DNA from: an uncultured virus (IMG/VR IMGVR_UViG_3300031998_000018)
Lineage: Duplodnaviria > Heunggongvirae > Uroviricota > Caudoviricetes
Virus record (IMG/VR): IMGVR_UViG_3300031998_000018
Strand: one strand, 5' to 3'
Length of the DNA: 64,000 nt
Made by a program: the position numbers and the translations under genes. This document shows, in pieces, positions 63,105 through 64,000 of the stretch. Position 1 is the first letter of the stretch. Each line of letters opens with the position of its first letter. The notes under the pieces are model-generated. The model was given only the letters and a program-made list of their open reading frames with translations, was not told where the DNA came from and made no database searches.

Positions 63105-64000
63105 TTACTCCTTTATTTGTGAAAAGTCGACATTCTCAAATATGAATTCTCTGCGCGGTTCGACTTCCTCGCCCATTAAGTCATAAAGTAGATCAATGGC
63201 ATTTTCGTTCCACTCCATCACATCCATACGCTGATATTCAGGAGTAAACATTGACTTGCGCGCCTGATCTGGCTCAAGTGAACCAAGACCTTTGTTGCGC
63301 TGCACTTCACCCTTGATTTTGCCTTTTACTTTGTTGAACTCTTCATCAGTAAAGTAGTAGGACTCAGTCTTACTACTAGTCACGATGTAGAGAGGTGAAC
63401 GAAGCCAGCAGAGCCTTCCTTCACGAATGAAGTCGGGCGCGAGATACTGCAGAGCAGCCATAATCAGTAAGCCAATATGATAACCATCTGAGTCAGCATC
63501 TGTACAGATTGCGAGACGACCATAACGAAGGTTCTTTGCATTATATTTGCCAGGAACAATATTCATCGCACTCAGTAGAAGTTTGATTTCTTCATTATTG
63601 AAGATCTTTTCTTCAGGATTAGATAAACAGTTAATGATCTTACCACGAATAGCCATGATGCCATACTTGGTATAATCACGACCTTGCGCCAGACCACCAA
63701 GCGCGCTATCACCCTCGGCAATTAGTAGGGTAGACCCTTCACCGAGAAACTCAGCATCCTTCAGTTTATCAGATGAAAAGACTTTCTTCTTCTGATTCTT
63801 CTCTACTTCGCGCGCAGCATCAAGGACTTGGCGCCGTGCCTTTTCGGCGGCTGCTTCGGCTTTAGCGATTTTCTTAAGCATCTCCACGATAGTATCAAAC
63901 TCCGAGGAGTACTTAGTCTTCATTACTTTCAGAGCATCAGAAAATGCATTCGAAGCCAAAGTCCGCAGACTAGCGTTATTAATTTTGGATTTAGTTTGGT
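63105..64000 (-). CDS. gyrB: DNA gyrase/type II topoisomerase subunit B (5' part outside window)
   Basis: EGDSA, IRGKIIN, TDADSDG, RNKGLG Toprim motifs. Confidence 0.9.
   Translation of the reverse strand, partial: QTKSKINNASLRTLASNAFSDALKVMKTKYSSEFDTIVEMLKKIAKAEAAAEKARRQVLDAAREVEKNQKKKVFSSDKLKDAEFLGEGSTLLIAEGDSALGGLAQGRDYTKYGIMAIRGKIINCLSNPEEKIFNNEEIKLLLSAMNIVPGKYNAKNLRYGRLAICTDADSDGYHIGLLIMAALQYLAPDFIREGRLCWLRSPLYIVTSSKTESYYFTDEEFNKVKGKIKGEVQRNKGLGSLEPDQARKSMFTPEYQRMDVMEWNENAIDLLYDLMGEEVEPRREFIFENVDFSQIKE

Noticed and set aside
1..64000. Suppressor tRNA, release factor, integrase, holin/endolysin
   Set aside because: None recognisable by eye in this window; they may lie elsewhere in the genome

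Overview
The window is a 64-kb piece of a large tailed (siphovirus-like) phage genome. The host is most likely an anaerobic Firmicute (sigmaA-type promoters, AGGAGG RBSs, AbrB homologue, class III RNR). The phage reads TAG as Gln (genetic code 15), so the supplied ORF track fragments many genes; read with TAG=Q they become intact. Layout: (1) 1-6.1 kb, minus strand: a mostly GC-rich array of small genes with 14 near-consensus sigmaA promoters, in units delimited by 12 copies of the palindrome GCCCGGGC plus two families of conserved flanking motifs (a candidate gene-cassette system). (2) About 6.1-6.4 kb: strand-switch region with G-tracts and 21-bp repeats. (3) 6.4-38.8 kb, plus strand: sigma-like regulator, terminase, portal, protease/scaffold, capsid, tail, a 2697-aa tape measure, Dit, a 1781-aa tail tip/fibre protein, and a five-gene module interrupted by a group I intron whose GIY-YIG gene lies in the P1 loop. 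(4) 38.8-64 kb, minus strand: RuvC-like resolvase, dUTPase, nucleobase permease/salvage genes, NrdDGH, DnaE, methyltransferase, RecJ, primase, helicase, Sak4-like ATPase, SSB, GyrA/GyrB. No tRNA, CRISPR array, integrase or lysis genes were recognised. All calls are by eye; no database searches were run.
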